Shown here one piece after another: positions 25,050 through 28,126 of a stretch of 28,126 nt of DNA. Source of the stretch: Thermovirgaceae bacterium (GTDB lineage Bacteria > Synergistota > Synergistia > Synergistales > Thermovirgaceae); contig JBKHBH010000022.1 of NCBI GenBank assembly GCA_046542505.1, forward strand, positions 1 to 28,126, given 5' to 3'. The notes under the pieces were generated by a model that worked only from the letters and a program-made list of their open reading frames with translations, was not told where the DNA came from and did no database searches. The translations under genes and the position numbers were made by a program. Every line of letters starts with the position of its first letter. The first letter of the stretch is position 1.

Positions 25050-25544
25050 ATGCTCAAAAAGCTCAACATGCTTGAGGAATATTTTCTCGTAGGAACCCTG
25101 GCTTTCAACGTCGTCCTCATTTTCTCCCAGGTTGTGATGCGCTATGTTTTTCAAAATTCGCTTTACTGGAGCGAAGAGCTTGCCCGTTTTGTGTTTCTCT
25201 GGTTTTCCTGGATAGGAACGAGTTTTGCTGTAAGGGAAGGTGCTCACCTGAAAGTGTCGATGATCGCGGACCGTCTTGGAGGTAAGGCAAAAAGCATGCT
25301 GGAATTGATGTCTCTTGGTATCTGGCTTGCTTTTTCAATATTTCTTGCTTTTCAGGGCTGGAAGATCACATCGTTCATTGCGTCAATGGGGCAGACATCG
25401 CCGGCACTCTATATACCAATGTATTTGACGTATGCATCGGTTCCCACAGGATCAGCCCTGATGGCTGCGAGGTTGTTGCTGGAACTGAAGAAGTTTTTGA
25501 AGGGCCAGCAGGTGCCATCTGGAGGGGAGGAAGCCCTTCAATGA
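25050..25544 (+). CDS. dctQ: TRAP transporter small permease
   Basis: QVVMRY, WSEELARF, H..V motif, four hydrophobic segments; start is ATG 25050 or 25041. Confidence 0.92.
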   Translation: MLKKLNMLEEYFLVGTLAFNVVLIFSQVVMRYVFQNSLYWSEELARFVFLWFSWIGTSFAVREGAHLKVSMIADRLGGKAKSMLELMSLGIWLAFSIFLAFQGWKITSFIASMGQTSPALYIPMYLTYASVPTGSALMAARLLLELKKFLKGQQVPSGGEEALQ

Positions 25545-26821
25545 GTATTGCCATTCTGTTCGGACTCATGATTCTACTCATTTTCGTCGGTGTTCCGATT
25601 GGGATAACCATCGGGGTTTCAACTGCGGTAACCATGTTTTTCTGGGGTTCCATGCCCCTTATGTCCATTGCTCAAAAGGCATATACGGGGCTGGATTCCT
25701 TTCCCCTTCTCGCGGTGCCGTTTTTTATCCTGGCGGGGTCGTTAATGTGCAACGGAGGTATCTCGAAAAGACTTATCAATCTGGCGGAAACGCTCGTAGG
25801 GTGCATCATTGGCGGTTTGTCCATGGTGACGGTCATGGCGTGCATGTTTTTCGCGGCCATCTCGGGATCCGGACCCGCGACCGTTTCGGCAATCGGTTCT
25901 TTTATGATCCCTGCCATGAAAGAAAGGGATTACGGGGGAGGTTTCGCCGCCGCCGTGACCGCTACAGCCGGAACAATCGGTGTTATCATCCCTCCGTCGA
26001 TTCCCTTCGTTATCTATTGCATTGTCGCCCAGGTTTCCATCGGAGACATGTTTATCGCAGGCATCATTCCCGGGATCATCATAGGTCTTTCCATCATGGC
26101 CACCTGTTACGTCATGGCCCGCAAAAGAAACTATGTTACCAGCACAACACGGCCGACGTTCCGTGGTGTGTTGACAAGTTTGAAAGAAGCATGGTGGGCC
26201 ATGATGATACCGGTGATCATCTTGGGGGGTATCTACGGGGGCGTGTTCACGCCTACAGAAGCTGCTGTTGTTTCAGTGGTTTACGCCCTTTTTATCGGGG
26301 TGTTTGTTTATAAGGAACTGAACTTCGAGATGATCTACAAAAGCATGCGGGAAACTGCTTTAATTAACGGTTCGCTAATGTTTATGATCGGCCTTTCTAT
26401 CGCCTTTGCGAATTATATCAGTCTGGCACAGGTTCCGGCAAAGATCGCGGCCTTTCTGACAAGCTTTTCAGACAGCCCCTTCATTCTCATGCTGATTATC
26501 AATGTTTTCCTGCTGGCGATAGGTTGTTTCATCGACAATATTGCCGCCGTGGTCATCCTGACGCCCATTCTGCTGCCCGTGGTGACGCGAATCGGGATTG
26601 ACCCCATACATTTCGGGTTGATCATTACCTTCAATCTTGCTATCGGGTTCATTACACCGCCCTACGGCATTAACCTTTTCGTGGCTTCAACTGTCTCGAA
26701 AGAAAGCATTGAGAAGATTTCCTGGGCGATTTTGCCTTTCATTGTCGTCTTGATCTTGTGCCTGCTGGTTTTCACGAATTTTCCCATTTTCACGACAGGA
26801 ATCCTCAGGCTAATCAGGTGA
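25541..26821 (+). CDS. dctM: TRAP transporter large permease
   Basis: LLAVPFFILAG, FAAISGSG.A, IIPPSI, FTPTEA, GIDPIHFG, ITPPYG; ATGA overlap with dctQ. Confidence 0.95.
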   Translation: MSIAILFGLMILLIFVGVPIGITIGVSTAVTMFFWGSMPLMSIAQKAYTGLDSFPLLAVPFFILAGSLMCNGGISKRLINLAETLVGCIIGGLSMVTVMACMFFAAISGSGPATVSAIGSFMIPAMKERDYGGGFAAAVTATAGTIGVIIPPSIPFVIYCIVAQVSIGDMFIAGIIPGIIIGLSIMATCYVMARKRNYVTSTTRPTFRGVLTSLKEAWWAMMIPVIILGGIYGGVFTPTEAAVVSVVYALFIGVFVYKELNFEMIYKSMRETALINGSLMFMIGLSIAFANYISLAQVPAKIAAFLTSFSDSPFILMLIINVFLLAIGCFIDNIAAVVILTPILLPVVTRIGIDPIHFGLIITFNLAIGFITPPYGINLFVASTVSKESIEKISWAILPFIVVLILCLLVFTNFPIFTTGILRLIR

Positions 26822-26925
26822 TGCACGAGAAAAAAGGCGCATTTACTGCGAGGACACGGCGATGTTGCGCTTGGAATCCCGAAAACCTCACAGGACGCAA
26901 AAAACGAAAAAGAGGTGGATTACTC

Positions 26926-27903
26926 TTGTCGAAATTCAAAGTGCTCATGACGGACACCATATTTCCGGATATGTCCATTGAAGAAGAAGAACTGTCAAAA
27001 ATAGGTGCCGAACTCAGGCTGTCGGATTCCGACGATCCAGAAGCATTGCTTTCAGAGGGCAAAGAGAGCGACGCACTGCTCGTCAATTTCGCCCATGTCG
27101 GCGCTGATGTGATCAACAGGCTTGAAAAGTGCAAGATCATATCGAATGCCGCCATTGGTGTGAATAATATCGACGTCGACGCGGCAACACGCAAGGGCAT
27201 CATGGTGGCAAACGTTCCCGATTATTGTACAGAAGAGGTTGCCGACCACACTGTCGCCCTGTTCCTTTCAGGCATCCGGAAGATCGTTCACCTGTCTGAA
27301 AGAGTCAAGGAAGGTTTTTGGGAAATCGAAGATGCAAAGCCGATTCCCAGGCTCAGGGGCAAGATCTACGGTTTGTTTGGATGTGGGGCTATTGGGAGGA
27401 CAGTCGCAAGGCGCGTTTCCGCTTTCGGGATGGAAGTGGTAGGTTACGATCCTTACGCGCCTGATGAAGTGCTTGACGAGGCGAAAATCAGAAGGATTGA
27501 CAACTTCGAGGATTTTTTCTCGATGGTGGATGCCGTTTCCCTTCACGTACCTTTGACTGAAGATACCTGTCACATTATCGACCGCAAAATTCTGGAAAAG
27601 ATGAAGCCTTCGGCTTTTATGGTAAACGCGTCCCGTGGTGCCCTGATAAATGAAAAGGATCTTTATGAAGCCCTGAAAGGCGGCACGATTGCGGGAGCAG
27701 CCATGGACGTGCTTGAAAACGAGCCGCCCAAAGAGGTCCCCCCTCTGGCGAAGCTGCCAAATGTCACCGTAACCCCCCACGTAGCATTTTACTCGGAAGA
27801 ATCCGCTATTGATCTCAGACAGAAGGCTGCAAGGGAAATCGTGAGGGCGCTGACAGAGGGCACTCCCTTGAATTGGGTAAACAGGAAACAAATGGCGAAA
27901 TAG
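26926..27903 (+). CDS. D-isomer-specific 2-hydroxyacid dehydrogenase (CtBP-like subfamily)
   Basis: NVPDYC.EEVADH, GCGAIG, YDPY, SLHVPLT, NASRG, DVLENEP, TPHVAFYS (Arg-Glu-His triad); TTG 26926 follows GAGGTG. Confidence 0.9.
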   Translation: MSKFKVLMTDTIFPDMSIEEEELSKIGAELRLSDSDDPEALLSEGKESDALLVNFAHVGADVINRLEKCKIISNAAIGVNNIDVDAATRKGIMVANVPDYCTEEVADHTVALFLSGIRKIVHLSERVKEGFWEIEDAKPIPRLRGKIYGLFGCGAIGRTVARRVSAFGMEVVGYDPYAPDEVLDEAKIRRIDNFEDFFSMVDAVSLHVPLTEDTCHIIDRKILEKMKPSAFMVNASRGALINEKDLYEALKGGTIAGAAMDVLENEPPKEVPPLAKLPNVTVTPHVAFYSEESAIDLRQKAAREIVRALTEGTPLNWVNRKQMAK

Positions 27904-27963
27904 AAACGACGTCAGTATTCGCCGGTCTCTTTGACTTGTCGTCCATGTTCGAACCCCAAGGCA

Positions 27964-28003
27964 TTTCCCAGGTGGGCGGGTTTGAACCCGCCCACCTGGG
28001 AAA
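27964..28003. repeat. Long perfect inverted repeat after the dehydrogenase (terminator-like or REP-like)
   Basis: TTTCCCAGGTGGGCGGGTT-TG-AACCCGCCCACCTGGGAAA, 19-bp arms. Confidence 0.7.
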
Positions 28004-28126
28004 ACCGGACGCACCACACGATACGGAGCAAGAACAGCATAACCGATCCCATTCTGCTTTGCCGGTTCGGGAATCCTTCACTTCCCGCATCTGGTGGCAG
28101 GTATCGGGTCTATTTCTTTGCAGCAG

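Overview
Bacterial chromosomal window from a probable anaerobic amino-acid fermenter (Synergistota-like gene content; the taxonomy is inference only). Bases 139-9968 hold a complete, comparatively AT-rich type I-C CRISPR-Cas locus: cas3-cas5-cas8c (with a hidden in-frame cas11c start)-cas7-cas4-cas1-cas2, a leader, and an array of 28 full 32-nt repeats plus one degenerate terminal repeat (28 spacers, one duplicated). The array runs straight into a GNAT acetyltransferase gene. Next come an Fe-S/flavin Old Yellow Enzyme-family reductase, a metNIQ methionine ABC transporter, an L,D-transpeptidase, a YkuK RNase H-like gene, a hypothetical gene, a DsrE-family gene and an isolated hutH. The window ends with a divergent cluster: a stand-alone methionine-synthase reactivation-domain gene facing an MtaA/URO-D-family methyltransferase, a PLP aminotransferase, a TRAP transporter and a D-2-hydroxyacid dehydrogenase. 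The most striking unannotated element lies upstream of metN: a sigma70 promoter, a 29-codon leader ORF containing Met-Met-Met-Cys-Met-Cys, and mutually exclusive antiterminator and terminator hairpins, i.e. a candidate ribosome-mediated Met/Cys-sensing transcription attenuator. All family calls come from motif recognition by eye; no searches were run.
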